Shown here piece by piece: positions 1-10,381 of a stretch of 64,000 nucleotides of DNA (position 1 is its first letter; each line of letters starts with the position of its first letter). Position numbers and translations under genes: made by a program. The DNA lies in the NCBI GenBank assembly GCA_902564025.1, contig CACEZK010000005.1, positions 562 to 64,561 on the forward strand, written 5' to 3'. The DNA is from an uncultured Pelagibacteraceae bacterium (GTDB taxonomy: Bacteria; Pseudomonadota; Alphaproteobacteria; Pelagibacterales; AG-422-B15). A model generated the notes under the pieces. It did not search any database, had not been told where the DNA came from, and worked only from the letters and a program-made list of their open reading frames with translations.

Positions 1-151
1 AGAAATCAAGAAATTTAGTGACATAATTAAAAATGCAGGTTATGCAAGCCCAGTTAGAAAAACAAGGGGACAAGATATTATGGCTGCATGTGGTCAATTA
101 AAGTCCTCGAGTATAAAAATTAGAAAAAGTGAACTCAGAGCAAATGGATAA
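1..151 (+). CDS. rlmN: 3' end of dual-specificity RNA methyltransferase RlmN (partial, not in ORF track)
   Basis: Frame 2 translates [35 protein letters not shown]...ANG*; RGxDIxAACGQL is the RlmN C-terminal signature; stop overlaps argG ATG. Confidence 0.92.
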   Translation, partial: EIKKFSDIIKNAGYASPVRKTRGQDIMAACGQLKSSSIKIRKSELRANG

Positions 152-1337
152 AATAAATAAAGTTGTTCTTGCATACTCAGGTGGCTTGGATACGTCAGTC
201 ATTTTGAGGTGGCTAAAAGAAACCTATCAATGTGAAGTGGCAACTTTTACAGCAAATCTAGGTCAAGACGAGGACTATGATCTAGTTAGAGCGAAAGCGG
301 AAAAACAAGGAACTACTGAGATATTTATAGAAGATCTTAAAGACGAGTTTGTGAGTGACTATGTTTTTCCAATGTTTAGGGCTAATCCTCTTTATGAAGG
401 CTATTATTTACTTGGAACATCGATTGCTCGACCGTTGATTGCAAAAAAACAAATAGAAATTGTAAATAAGATTAACGCTGATGCGGTATCGCATGGTGCA
501 ACTGGAAAGGGAAATGATCAAATAAGATTTGAGCTTGGGTATTATTATCATAAACCAGACATTAAAATTATCAGTCCATGGAGAGAATGGGATTTATCAT
601 CAAGAACGTCACTTGTTGAATACGCTGATAAGTACGGGATTGAAATATCAAAAGATAAAAGAGGGGAACAACCGTTTAGCATTGATGAAAATATTTTACA
701 CTCCTCTGCTGAGGGAAAGGTTCTTGAAGATCCATGGGTTGAAGCGCCTGATTATGTTTACACCAGAAGTGTTTCACCTGAAGAGGCACCTGATAAATCA
801 GAAGAAATAACAATTGAATTTAAGAATGGTGATGCCTGTGCGCTCAACGGAAAGGCTTTAACACCGTTTGAAATATTAAAATCCCTTAATGAACTAGGTG
901 GAAAACATGGAATTGGACGAGTTGATCTTGTTGAAAATAGATACATTGGAATGAAATCTAGAGGAATATACGAGACTCCTGGTGGAACCATTCTCTATCA
1001 CGCACACAGAGCTATTGAGAGCATAACACTCGATAAAGAAGCTGCGCATATGAAAGACGAGCTAGCGCCTAAATATGCTGAACTTGTCTATAACGGTTAT
1101 TGGTTCTCTCCTGAAAGAGAGATGATGCAATCAATGATTGATAAATCACAAGAAAAAGTGGAGGGTAAAGTAAGACTCAAACTCTTTAAGGGTAATACAA
1201 TGATTACAGGAAGGGAGTCGTCTTTAAGTCTATACAACCCAAATCTTGCGACATTTGAATCAGATCAAGTATATTCTCAAAAAGACGCTGAAGGCTTTAT
1301 AAAATTAAACGCTCTTAGATTAAGAGAAAAAAAATAA
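144..1337 (+). CDS. argG: argininosuccinate synthase
   Basis: [31 protein letters not shown] motifs; ATG at 144 preferred over upstream GTG at 129. Confidence 0.97.
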   Translation: MDKINKVVLAYSGGLDTSVILRWLKETYQCEVATFTANLGQDEDYDLVRAKAEKQGTTEIFIEDLKDEFVSDYVFPMFRANPLYEGYYLLGTSIARPLIAKKQIEIVNKINADAVSHGATGKGNDQIRFELGYYYHKPDIKIISPWREWDLSSRTSLVEYADKYGIEISKDKRGEQPFSIDENILHSSAEGKVLEDPWVEAPDYVYTRSVSPEEAPDKSEEITIEFKNGDACALNGKALTPFEILKSLNELGGKHGIGRVDLVENRYIGMKSRGIYETPGGTILYHAHRAIESITLDKEAAHMKDELAPKYAELVYNGYWFSPEREMMQSMIDKSQEKVEGKVRLKLFKGNTMITGRESSLSLYNPNLATFESDQVYSQKDAEGFIKLNALRLREKK

Positions 1338-1338
1338 G

Positions 1339-2223
1339 CTACTGCTGTCTAAATGCAGCATCTACCGTATTTTTCAATAAACATGCAATAGTCATCGGAC
1401 CCACACCACCAGGGACGGGTGTAATTGCTGACACAAGACTAAATACATCGTCGTAATCAACATCTCCAACAAGCTTTGTTTTACCAGGTTTATCTGGATG
1501 GTTTACTCGATTAATACCAACATCAATCACGACAGCTCCTTCTTTAATCCAATCTTTTTTAACCATTAAAGGACGTCCAACTGCAGCAACAACAATATCT
1601 GCTTGTTTTGTAATTTCTTCAATATTTTTGGTTTTAGAATGCACTATTGTAACCGTGCATGACTCCTCAAGGAGTAGTTGTGCCATTGGTTTACCAACAA
1701 TATTAGATCGTCCAATTATTACAGCATGCATCCCTTTTAAATCAGGTATACTTTTCTTAAGCATTAAATAGCATCCAAGTGGTGTGCAAGGAGTAAAGGT
1801 TTTACATAGTAAGTCGCCTCCGATTGAATTTCTACCAACATTTATCGCATGAAATCCATCGGCATCCTTTACTGGATCAATAGCATCAATAATAGCCCTT
1901 GAATCAATGTGTGGCGGAAGTGGCAACTGAACAAGAATTCCATTTACTTTTTGATCATTGTTAAGTTTATCAATCAATTCCAATAACTTTTCTTCAGATA
2001 CGGTGGTATCTAAAAAATGATCCTCAACGTCCATTCCTATCTGTTTTGCCATTTTAGACTTTGTATTAACATAAACTTGACTGGCTGGATCTTCACCTAC
2101 AAGCACAACAGCAAGGGTCGGAGTTTTATTAAATTTATTTTTAAAATCCTCAACTTTGATAGCTGTTTCAGCTCTAAGATCTGCCGCAATTACTTTTCCA
2201 TCAATAATTTTAGTTTCAGGCAT
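1339..2223 (-). CDS. folD: bifunctional methylenetetrahydrofolate dehydrogenase/cyclohydrolase
   Basis: [41 protein letters not shown]. Confidence 0.97.
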   Translation of the reverse strand: MPETKIIDGKVIAADLRAETAIKVEDFKNKFNKTPTLAVVLVGEDPASQVYVNTKSKMAKQIGMDVEDHFLDTTVSEEKLLELIDKLNNDQKVNGILVQLPLPPHIDSRAIIDAIDPVKDADGFHAINVGRNSIGGDLLCKTFTPCTPLGCYLMLKKSIPDLKGMHAVIIGRSNIVGKPMAQLLLEESCTVTIVHSKTKNIEEITKQADIVVAAVGRPLMVKKDWIKEGAVVIDVGINRVNHPDKPGKTKLVGDVDYDDVFSLVSAITPVPGGVGPMTIACLLKNTVDAAFRQQ

Positions 2224-2225
2224 AT

Positions 2226-2519
2226 TTAAATTGGAATTCCCAAGTAAAAATATTCATAAAGTAAGTTTCTTATAAAGTATAGTATCAGGATTAGGACCAC
2301 TGGCGATATATCAATGCCTCCTAAATTTGGAAGAAAATTTCTTATTGGATTAAGAAGAGGATCTGTTAATCGTTTTGTTCCAAAATAAATAGCAATGATA
2401 ATTCTATTTTGAGTATTAAATATACTCATTGCAATTAGCCAACTGAATATCACATTGATGATCAAAACCCAGGTATAAAGATTTATAATTTGATCAAAAA
2501 GAATTATGAGTGAGTTCAT
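2226..2519 (-). CDS. yggT: YggT family membrane protein
   Basis: [19 protein letters not shown] motif; usual neighbour of folD in alphaproteobacteria. Confidence 0.9.
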   Translation of the reverse strand: MNSLIILFDQIINLYTWVLIINVIFSWLIAMSIFNTQNRIIIAIYFGTKRLTDPLLNPIRNFLPNLGGIDISPVVLILILYFIRNLLYEYFYLGIPI

Positions 2520-3211
2520 GATTTATCTATAAGAAAATAATTATCTAAAAAAGAGTCTAACCACATATTGATTTTTTTACCATGACTAAGTCTTTGATGC
2601 ATTTGAAATTGACGTTTTTGAGCACCCTTTTCTCTTAACATATAACCTGCATAATACAGCCACCTTAAATGCATTTTAAGATTTACTTCAGGGTGAAATT
2701 GAATACCCACTGCATTTTTATACTTAAATGCTTGTTCTGGAAAAGTTTCACCATAAGCAAGAACATCACAGTCTTTTGGTACCTTGAAGCCCTCTTTATG
2801 CCATTGAAAAAATGTTTTTTGGTTTTGAAATATTTTATGACCGTCTCCAGTTGGCTGCAAGTCATAAAATCCAATTTCAAATTGTTGATCTTTGGCACGC
2901 TGGACAGTTCCACCTAAATTTTTTGCAAGCATCTGAGCTCCAAGACAAATGCCAAGCAAAGGTTTTTTTGACTCTAAGGCAACTGTAATCCAGTCAATTT
3001 CAAGTTTGATATAATCTAAATTGTCATTGGCACTTGGTGGCCCACCATAAATCACTGCAACATCATGGTCATTCATTGAGTCAGGTAATTTTTCACCAAT
3101 AACTGGACGGCGAACATCTAGTTCATAACCTCTATCTCGTAATTTTGATCCAACGTCACCTGTGCTTGATCGAGGCTGGTGAACTATCATTAATGCTTTT
3201 TTTGACTTCAT
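2516..3211 (-). CDS. class I glutamine amidotransferase-like protein (stand-alone, GMP-synthase-like GATase)
   Basis: GGP, LGICLGAQ nucleophile elbow, QWH, QFHPE triad; start moved to MKSKK ATG at 3211 to remove overlap with the SDR. Confidence 0.85.
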   Translation of the reverse strand: MKSKKALMIVHQPRSSTGDVGSKLRDRGYELDVRRPVIGEKLPDSMNDHDVAVIYGGPPSANDNLDYIKLEIDWITVALESKKPLLGICLGAQMLAKNLGGTVQRAKDQQFEIGFYDLQPTGDGHKIFQNQKTFFQWHKEGFKVPKDCDVLAYGETFPEQAFKYKNAVGIQFHPEVNLKMHLRWLYYAGYMLREKGAQKRQFQMHQRLSHGKKINMWLDSFLDNYFLIDKS

Positions 3212-3227
3212 CGTTACAGGAACGAAG

Positions 3228-3998
3228 TTACATTGCGCTGAGACCGCCATCAAGAACAATTTCTGTTCCTGTCATGAATTTTGACTCATCAGATGCTAAA
3301 TATAATATTGCATAAGAAACATCGTCAGTATCACCAATTTTGTTCATTGGTATTTGACGTGAAAGCTTTGCTACTGCTTCTTCAGCACCAAATGCTTGCT
3401 TTATTGGATCAAGAATTGGGGTATTCACAAAAGCGGGGTGCACTGAATTGCATCGAACATCGTATCCTTTTTTAGCACAATACAATGCTACGGATTTACT
3501 TAACAAGCGAACACCTGCTTTTGATGAATTATAAGCAGCGGTATTCCAACCAGCAACAATTCCAGAAATGGATGAAATATTTATAATTGAACCTTGCCCA
3601 GATTTACTCATTACTGGAATAGCATATTTACATCCCAAAAAAACACTATCTAAGTTTACCTGATGAACTTTCTTCCAAACATCAAATTCCGTTGACACAA
3701 TATCAGCGCCAAGTGAAATACCAGCACTGTTAATAAGAATATTGATTTTACCATACTCACTTTCTGTCTTTTCAATTAAATCAATCCAAGCCTGCTCATT
3801 TGTAACATCATGCACAAATGTACCAAATTGGGTTTCGCTGAAGTCCTTGAGTCTTTCAGGCATTGTTTTCAGCATCTCGTCATTAATGTCTGAGAGCATG
3901 ACTTTAGCACCTTCACTCATTAATTTCACCGCAGCAGCATAACCTAATCCAGAGGCAGCTCCCGTAATAATTGCAACCTTACCCTCTACGCGTGACAT
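3228..3998 (-). CDS. short-chain dehydrogenase/reductase, 3beta/17beta-hydroxysteroid / cyclopentanol dehydrogenase-like subfamily
   Basis: TGAASGLG, NSAGI, YNSSK catalytic motif; ALYCAKKGYDVRCNSVHP resembles the 3beta/17beta-HSD subfamily segment. Confidence 0.85.
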   Translation of the reverse strand: MSRVEGKVAIITGAASGLGYAAAVKLMSEGAKVMLSDINDEMLKTMPERLKDFSETQFGTFVHDVTNEQAWIDLIEKTESEYGKINILINSAGISLGADIVSTEFDVWKKVHQVNLDSVFLGCKYAIPVMSKSGQGSIINISSISGIVAGWNTAAYNSSKAGVRLLSKSVALYCAKKGYDVRCNSVHPAFVNTPILDPIKQAFGAEEAVAKLSRQIPMNKIGDTDDVSYAILYLASDESKFMTGTEIVLDGGLSAM

Positions 3999-5128
3999 TA
4001 ATTAATACTGATTTCATAAAATGTATCTTGAGAAGTTGAGTCTTCTGATACAAAATTTTGATAGCATTCTTGCATACTATGTTTACGCATACCACTTTCT
4101 CCAGCAATTAAAAAAGTATCAATGCTTAATGGGATAACAGAAGTATTACTTAAACGATCTGAGCGAACACACGTTTTAATATTTTTTTCTCTAACCATAT
4201 CAATAACACTTATAACGCCACCATTACCACTTAGAACAATTCTTCCATCATCTAATAAATTAGCATTTGTTAAACTATTTTTTGTACCAATGAATAAATC
4301 ATCAAAAGCATACACTTTACAATCACCGCGGTAATACCCTGACTCATAACATGCTATTGCAGTTGCTTTATCGGGAGGAACTGGATCGTTTAACTCATAG
4401 AGTGTAGCAATTGTAATATTTCCTGACATTCCTAATAATAGTGATTGTCCTTGATCAACTTTTATACCCGACCAGTATGAACCAAAATAACCGGTTTCAA
4501 TTGCAAGCCAATTCAATCCACGATCATCCGTTACATAATATTTACCAAGCTCTCCAACTGCATATCCTTCATTTTGAGCTGACTTTCTCCAAGCTTGGTT
4601 ATCTCCGTATGTGTAATTGAGATGAGGTTGGAATTCATCATCGTCAATAAATAAATAATCCCAACTAATTCCACCGTTTGCTGTTCTAAGTGATAATGCA
4701 AACGCGCCTATAGCAACACCTTCGTAATCATCATACATATGAATTGAGAGGAATGGTGCATCGAACTCTACATCTTGATATTGTATTTGCCAAGTTTCAC
4801 CAGCATCATACGAGTGAAGAATAGTGGCGTCATGCCCTGTGGCCCAACATTTATTTTGAGTAGGACAACTTATGTCAGTTAATGTTTTTGTAAATGGTAC
4901 TTCCTTAGCTTGAGTCCATGTCTCTCCTTCGTCGTCTGAATAAACAATAATCCCATGCACGCCAACACCAAAAATTCTATCCCCAGATTTCTCTAATGCA
5001 TTAATCAATGCTTTATGTGCATTGGGAGATTTTGCAGCAAATTCTGTTCCAAGATTGAATTGCGAGGAAAAAGAAAAAGTTGTTAAAAATAACAAATTAC
5101 AAATTATAATGACGAATTTTGTTTTCAT
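3998..5128 (-). CDS. YCF48/BNR (Asp-box) repeat beta-propeller, secreted
   Basis: Signal peptide from MKTKF at 5128; repeated S/TxDxGxTW boxes (SDDEGETW, SYDAGETW, TANGGISW, TDDRGLNW); standard partner of DUF1302/DUF1329. Confidence 0.85.
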   Translation of the reverse strand: MKTKFVIIICNLLFLTTFSFSSQFNLGTEFAAKSPNAHKALINALEKSGDRIFGVGVHGIIVYSDDEGETWTQAKEVPFTKTLTDISCPTQNKCWATGHDATILHSYDAGETWQIQYQDVEFDAPFLSIHMYDDYEGVAIGAFALSLRTANGGISWDYLFIDDDEFQPHLNYTYGDNQAWRKSAQNEGYAVGELGKYYVTDDRGLNWLAIETGYFGSYWSGIKVDQGQSLLLGMSGNITIATLYELNDPVPPDKATAIACYESGYYRGDCKVYAFDDLFIGTKNSLTNANLLDDGRIVLSGNGGVISVIDMVREKNIKTCVRSDRLSNTSVIPLSIDTFLIAGESGMRKHSMQECYQNFVSEDSTSQDTFYEISIN

Positions 5129-5142
5129 AGCCCATATTAAAA

Positions 5143-5179
5143 TTAAAACCCGACCTAAAATTTTCAAGTCGGGTTTTAA
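5143..5179 (-). terminator. intrinsic terminator-like hairpin between the DUF1329 and YCF48-like genes
   Basis: 12-bp inverted repeat TTAAAACCCGAC-N13-GTCGGGTTTTAA followed by a U-rich run on the minus strand. Confidence 0.7.
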
Positions 5180-5206
5180 ATTAAAGAAAGTAAAAAGATA
5201 AGTATT

Positions 5207-6424
5207 TTACCTAGCGTATCGTCTTAAACCGTCTGGCGTAAAAAAGCTAGCAGGCTTTTCTTCACCATTATAGACAGTTGGTACTGTACTGAAACCAGAA
5301 CCTAATTGGTTGTTACCAGTGTATGTCCTGGTCGCAAAGTCAAATGTAAATTCGCCTTGAATATTACACTCATTAGCCTCTGTTCCTTCAATACCTGTAA
5401 CCATTGTTCCAATTTGATGTCTCATGAGTTCTTGATTATCATCATAAGCATCCATAATAGATAAATTATAGAAATCATCATCCATTATATAGAAAGTTCT
5501 AGAAGCATATAAATGTCTTTGCCCAGGTTTTAGTTGAGCGTGAACAACATGAACATCTCTTTCTTCATAACGAACATAATCAGGATTTAAATGATATTGT
5601 GAGTGAGTTGTCTCGATTGCATTCTCCGCAAGTGCATCATTAGCTGCAGGCACGATCATTGTCTTCTTGCCTTCATAAGTCCAATCGTACTTGTCTTGTG
5701 CTCCATTAAAGCCACCATATTGGTCCACAACAACAATACCACCACCAGCTAAAAGAACTGTATCATAAGTGATATCAGGTGCTCTTCTCACACGTCTTGT
5801 AGCAGGGTTATACTGCCATGCTTTACGCGGCTGGACATAACTGTCAATAAAGTCATGAACTAGAGTAGTAGTACCTGCAGATCTTGGTGGTCCTAAGTTT
5901 TTCTGCATGAACATCGCATAAATGTTTTTGTCTGCATATTGAGAAACAGTATTTGGGTTTCTTGGAAACACAATATTAGTTTCTTGTTGTCCTACAATTA
6001 TGGACCCATCAGCCTGAACGTTTGTTGACGTAGCAACACGGAAAACTGATGATACTAAACTTGAACTCAATCTCATGTTCCAAATAAAGTGTTGAGCTTC
6101 TGATGGGTTTGGGAAAGGAATTTGACCCATATTAGCAACTTCAAAACCTTCGTTATCATTTATCAGTGTACCATTACTTTGTGAGATAGCTTTAATCTCG
6201 GGCGGTACCTGACATGCGCCACTATTATCATAAACATGAATTTTATATGTATCAGGATAAGCAGAAAACATTGTGATCTGCCCCGGTGACAACATATCTG
6301 TATATTCAGTATAGTTTGAATTATCCACTGTGTACTTATGCCCGTCAGCAACAGCTGAGGTTACTGTAAAGCCTAAAGCTACAACAACAGATATAATTAG
6401 ATTTTTTATATTCATATTATTCAT
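5207..6424 (-). CDS. DUF1329 family periplasmic protein (LolA-like fold)
   Basis: Signal peptide; LSPGQITMFSAYPDTYKIHVY, IPFPNP, PRKAWQYNPATRRVRRAP, FNGAQDKYDW, RHLYASRTFY and terminal FTPDGLRR motifs. Confidence 0.88.
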   Translation of the reverse strand: MNNMNIKNLIISVVVALGFTVTSAVADGHKYTVDNSNYTEYTDMLSPGQITMFSAYPDTYKIHVYDNSGACQVPPEIKAISQSNGTLINDNEGFEVANMGQIPFPNPSEAQHFIWNMRLSSSLVSSVFRVATSTNVQADGSIIVGQQETNIVFPRNPNTVSQYADKNIYAMFMQKNLGPPRSAGTTTLVHDFIDSYVQPRKAWQYNPATRRVRRAPDITYDTVLLAGGGIVVVDQYGGFNGAQDKYDWTYEGKKTMIVPAANDALAENAIETTHSQYHLNPDYVRYEERDVHVVHAQLKPGQRHLYASRTFYIMDDDFYNLSIMDAYDDNQELMRHQIGTMVTGIEGTEANECNIQGEFTFDFATRTYTGNNQLGSGFSTVPTVYNGEEKPASFFTPDGLRRYAR

Positions 6425-6441
6425 TTTTAACCCTTTCCTAA

Positions 6442-9429
6442 TTAAAATGAGTGCGAAACAGATGCAGTAATGTAGTCTTTGTCTGTTCCAGATCCAACTC
6501 TCTCGGTACCCATGTAGTTAGTATAGCTTAAACCAAGCGATGTACCGCCAGATGTTGCATTAACACCAAGAGACAACGACATCTTATCTTCAACGAAGCC
6601 ACCTAAAGAAGAAGGCCCGTATCCGGAAGGGTCGTGAGCAAATGCAAAGTTTGGAGATAAAGCCCAACGAGAGTTATTAAAGTTGTTATAGGTTGCGGTA
6701 CCAATAAGTCTGTATGAAAAAGAGGTTTCATCAGCGCCTGGCTGATCCTCACAGTATCCACCATTACCAAATAAGCCATCGTGAATTGAAGCTCCCAAGC
6801 CCACAACAGTAGAAGTACCAGCTGCTGGCTTCATAGATGTTCCAACTGCTCCCATACATTTGGCAGGAGCATCACCACTAGATGCAAAACCTCCTCTTGC
6901 AACATAACCGTTAGAATTATCTAGTCCATCTATCGTAACCATTGCAATTTCAGTTAAAAAAGCGGCAGAGTCAGCACCTAAACTTTGAGTGACTGGATCT
7001 GAGGCCGTGAATGATGTAGTTGTACCAACATCTACTGACCAAACATCGTACTCAATAAATGGTGTACTGTAGTAATCTCCAGCTTTCACTGTTGCTTCGG
7101 AAATAGCAGGGAGAGATGAACGTTTGAAGTCTCTCACAAGATTTTCATATGCGTTACCATCACCATATGCAGCATCAGTTGCAGTTTGTGTAGCCCACAA
7201 TAATGCTTGAAGAGTGTCGCCAGATACATCAGTTGCATCATTGTTTCCACCTCTGGTTGTGTTTGTACCAAGCGCGTTTAAACCTGTATAAGCCACCCAG
7301 TTTAACATTTGTGTTGCACCACTAGCATCTGAGATCTGATTTATCTGACTAGACGCAGGTGTTGCTAGAGGGAAATCAGGTCTATAAGACACTTCACCTT
7401 GAAGCGTTGTAGAGCCTACATTTGTACTAAAGCTTGTTCCAAAAATTTGATTGTCTTCAGGATAAATGAACTGATAAGTAGCATTATTAAGAGGAGTAAT
7501 TGCAGCAAGTACGCCTGTTGCAGTTAACTCCAATGCAAAGTTTGTATCATTTGCACCACCAAGTCCAGATGCAAGGTCTAATCCAGCAGCAAGTGTATTA
7601 CAACCGGCTGAATTATGAATTAGAGTTTTTTCACCAGTAATTTCTGTACCAAAAGTTCTGTCCATGTACAGAGCTTTTTGTTGATCAGTAATTGTATACT
7701 TAGTTAAAGACGAATCTCCGTTAAGTGCACCAATTGTTGCAGAGCCAACAGGACCAGCTAGAACAGCTGAACAAATTGTTCCACCATAAGCTACATCTTT
7801 AATAGCCGTGTAAAGCTTGTCACCACCATTGGTTGTAAGTGCACCACTTAGTGCTGCTGTTGCAGGGTTTGCCGCATAAGCACCTAAGAAGTTATCTGTC
7901 ACAACTGCACGCAACAATCCATAATAATCTCCTGCGAATTGATTCTGCATACCTTTAATACGCACGTATGGAGCTTTACTATGATAATTAGCATAATAGA
8001 AACTTAAATCTACTCCGGTTCCTACGTCTTCAAGATAAGTTCCAAGACGAATACCAAATTGACCATCATCCCTAGCATGTACATGTTTATGGGCATCAGG
8101 TAAAATTTCCACACCTGCACGTTGTCTGTCACCATAAGCATCCCTGGCAGCTAAAGCCGTTAAACTTGCTGAGAAGCCTGCGGCACCTGCCGTATAGAAG
8201 ATTTCTGATCCTGCCCCTGTTGTGGTCGAAGCAGCAGTATTTGATCCAGCAGCAATACCCAATGCAGCACTACCTGCTGTTAAAACTGTATTATCGACTA
8301 AGTCACTTCCAAGACCATTATCACCTGCAGCGCTTCCCATTGTCGTAATAGCAAACTGAGTTCGAGCAAGAGTTATACCAGCAGCGTTATCAAGTAAATC
8401 TTCGTAAGCGGCATCTAACTGATTTAATACGTTGGATGCTCTTGATCTTGAAGTGGCTAGAGCGGTTGCATCACAAGTTGATGAAATTGCGGACAAGTTA
8501 CAAGTACTTCCACCTTGTATCTCATAATCATAGGCTCCACCGGCATAAAGACTTCCAGAACCTGTTCCAATGAAATCACTTCCAAAGAATGAGCCCGAAG
8601 GGTCAAACTGAACTTGTTCAGCACCTAATTGATAATAAGCCTCAACTGAAATACCATCCAAATCAGTAGTAACAGTAAGTTGTTCTGTTGGCATTAATGC
8701 CTCACGAATAGAAGAACCAGGACCTCTTATTTTAGAAACATCAAGTGCGTTTGTTACCAATCCGTTTGCGCCAACAGGAATGAAAGTTGCTTCACCCCAA
8801 CTTGTTGCAAAACGACCGATTTGATAATCAACAAAGCCACCGTTTGCTGTATCGAATGATCCAGTTACATAAGCGTCATAAAGTGAAAAATCTTGTTCAA
8901 ATTCATCTTCAGCTTTTGATGTTAGTTTTTTAAAAGACGGGGAATTAAAATCTAGAGCAGGATTGTATGCAGCACTGTATGAAATTTCAACACCGAGACC
9001 ATCAGATGTTGAACCAGTTATTGATCCAAATATTTTTTGTGTTGCATCAAAGATATCTCCTTGACCGAAGTTCAAACTTCCATCATCAGCGTTAGGCTGT
9101 GTTCCATGATAGTTATTATATTTTGATGCTGTGTTTCCCCATGCGTCAGTCCAATAAGGAAGATTTGTATCAGTTAATCTACAACCTTGTCCGTTACCTC
9201 TAGTAGTTGTGTTTAACCCCACAGTAATATTTGTCTCTGTATAAGTGTAACCAGTATAAAGGTCACAATCATAGTCTGCAGATCTTAAACTGAATCCAGA
9301 GCTTACAGTATGGTTTGCAGTTCCAGTAAAACCTGGAATGTTAATATCAACTGCATAAGCACTTCCAAAAAAAGTTAGTGTATAAATTAATGCAGAAGAC
9401 AAACTCGTCTTTATTATATTTGGTCTCAT
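6442..9429 (-). CDS. DUF1302 family outer-membrane beta-barrel protein, unusually long (995 aa)
   Basis: Signal peptide; NADDGSLNF, SWGEATF, FFGSDF, DDGQFGI, YYANYHSKAP, YPEDNQIFGTSFST, GEVSYRPDFPL, DKDYITASVSHSF with terminal Phe. Confidence 0.88.
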   Translation of the reverse strand: MRPNIIKTSLSSALIYTLTFFGSAYAVDINIPGFTGTANHTVSSGFSLRSADYDCDLYTGYTYTETNITVGLNTTTRGNGQGCRLTDTNLPYWTDAWGNTASKYNNYHGTQPNADDGSLNFGQGDIFDATQKIFGSITGSTSDGLGVEISYSAAYNPALDFNSPSFKKLTSKAEDEFEQDFSLYDAYVTGSFDTANGGFVDYQIGRFATSWGEATFIPVGANGLVTNALDVSKIRGPGSSIREALMPTEQLTVTTDLDGISVEAYYQLGAEQVQFDPSGSFFGSDFIGTGSGSLYAGGAYDYEIQGGSTCNLSAISSTCDATALATSRSRASNVLNQLDAAYEDLLDNAAGITLARTQFAITTMGSAAGDNGLGSDLVDNTVLTAGSAALGIAAGSNTAASTTTGAGSEIFYTAGAAGFSASLTALAARDAYGDRQRAGVEILPDAHKHVHARDDGQFGIRLGTYLEDVGTGVDLSFYYANYHSKAPYVRIKGMQNQFAGDYYGLLRAVVTDNFLGAYAANPATAALSGALTTNGGDKLYTAIKDVAYGGTICSAVLAGPVGSATIGALNGDSSLTKYTITDQQKALYMDRTFGTEITGEKTLIHNSAGCNTLAAGLDLASGLGGANDTNFALELTATGVLAAITPLNNATYQFIYPEDNQIFGTSFSTNVGSTTLQGEVSYRPDFPLATPASSQINQISDASGATQMLNWVAYTGLNALGTNTTRGGNNDATDVSGDTLQALLWATQTATDAAYGDGNAYENLVRDFKRSSLPAISEATVKAGDYYSTPFIEYDVWSVDVGTTTSFTASDPVTQSLGADSAAFLTEIAMVTIDGLDNSNGYVARGGFASSGDAPAKCMGAVGTSMKPAAGTSTVVGLGASIHDGLFGNGGYCEDQPGADETSFSYRLIGTATYNNFNNSRWALSPNFAFAHDPSGYGPSSLGGFVEDKMSLSLGVNATSGGTSLGLSYTNYMGTERVGSGTDKDYITASVSHSF

Positions 9430-9466
9430 AATTTATTCCCCTTAAATAAATTTATTTGTTTTAGAA

Positions 9467-9500
9467 CATAAATGTCACAAGACAGAATTTATCTGTGACA
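9467..9500. promoter_or_regulatory. inverted-repeat element CATAAATGTCACA-N14-TGTGACA upstream of DUF1302
   Basis: Read directly; left arm 12/13 identical to, and arm spacing the same as, the element upstream of the porin (32869-32908). Confidence 0.55.
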
Positions 9501-9516
9501 CTACTAAAACTAGGTA

Positions 9517-9545
9517 ATTAAACTTATATTATGCCTATAAGTCAA
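9517..9545 (-). promoter_or_regulatory. sigma70-like promoter of the DUF1302 operon
   Basis: TTGACT-17 nt-TTTAAT on the minus strand. Confidence 0.55.
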
Positions 9546-9658
9546 ACAATTATAAACATTATTTTTAGCTCTAAATAATAAAGAATGGTGCAATTTTGCA
9601 ACATCAGGTAGTTCCTCAAATTATAAAAAAACTCCTATTTTTCGCAAAATATCTAATT

Positions 9659-10381
9659 CTATGATTTTATTTGTCTAATCATCGATAGTTGATTAGGTTG
9701 ACTGGCTGTATTTATTTTCCTAAAAAATCCTGATTTTTTAACAACTACCTTAATACGTTCACTTAGAGCATATATATTAATGTCGGTGACATAGTCTTTT
9801 AATTTTTCTGACTTTATATGATTAATAAAAATTTGTGCGGTATGACTAGAAAATAAAACTATTTTTTTGATTTTATGATTTCTTAGAAGACTTATGGTTT
9901 TTCTTTTTAAATTTTTTTGCGAAAGAACTTTATAAAGTATTTTTCTTTTTACTAAAATTTTTTTACTTTTAAGCTTCTTTAAAAAATCTTTGTTTATTAT
10001 AGAGCCAGACAGATAAATTATTGCTTTTCTTTGCCTCAATAAATGACTATTTTTTTTTAAATAATTAAACATTTCGTCACTGTTCTCGGTAACTTTTTTT
10101 ATTTTGATTTGTTTTAAATTCTTTAATTCTCTCAGAACTTTCTTTCCAATTACTAAAAAATTTCCATCAGATAAAACGAGTTCATGTTTCTTTTTAAATT
10201 TGGATAAAGCCCTGACTGTTTGAACACTTGAAACAAGATAATAGTAGTTTTCATTATATTCAATTTTTTTAAAAAGAATCTTAAAAGAAATAAGTGGATC
10301 TAGTACAGATTCAAAACCATACTTACTCAACTCTTTTTTAAGTATCTTCGCTTCCTCATACGGGCGTGTAATCAAAATCAT
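9659..10381 (-). CDS. hemD: uroporphyrinogen-III synthase (divergent)
   Basis: ILITRP N-terminus, YLSG, LFSSHTA, ALSERI; overlaps the hemC 3' end. Confidence 0.85.
   Translation of the reverse strand: MILITRPYEEAKILKKELSKYGFESVLDPLISFKILFKKIEYNENYYYLVSSVQTVRALSKFKKKHELVLSDGNFLVIGKKVLRELKNLKQIKIKKVTENSDEMFNYLKKNSHLLRQRKAIIYLSGSIINKDFLKKLKSKKILVKRKILYKVLSQKNLKRKTISLLRNHKIKKIVLFSSHTAQIFINHIKSEKLKDYVTDINIYALSERIKVVVKKSGFFRKINTASQPNQLSMIRQIKS

Noticed and set aside
769-784. TGTTTCACCTGAAGAG in argG and a similar half-site in dnaQ as extra parS sites
   Set aside because: Only one arm matches; several mismatches break the palindrome
9430-9658. Riboswitch or known sRNA in the DUF1302 leader (also considered for 32780-33011)
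   Set aside because: No recognisable aptamer consensus; the regions are explained by promoter and inverted-repeat elements. An Rfam/Infernal scan would be decisive
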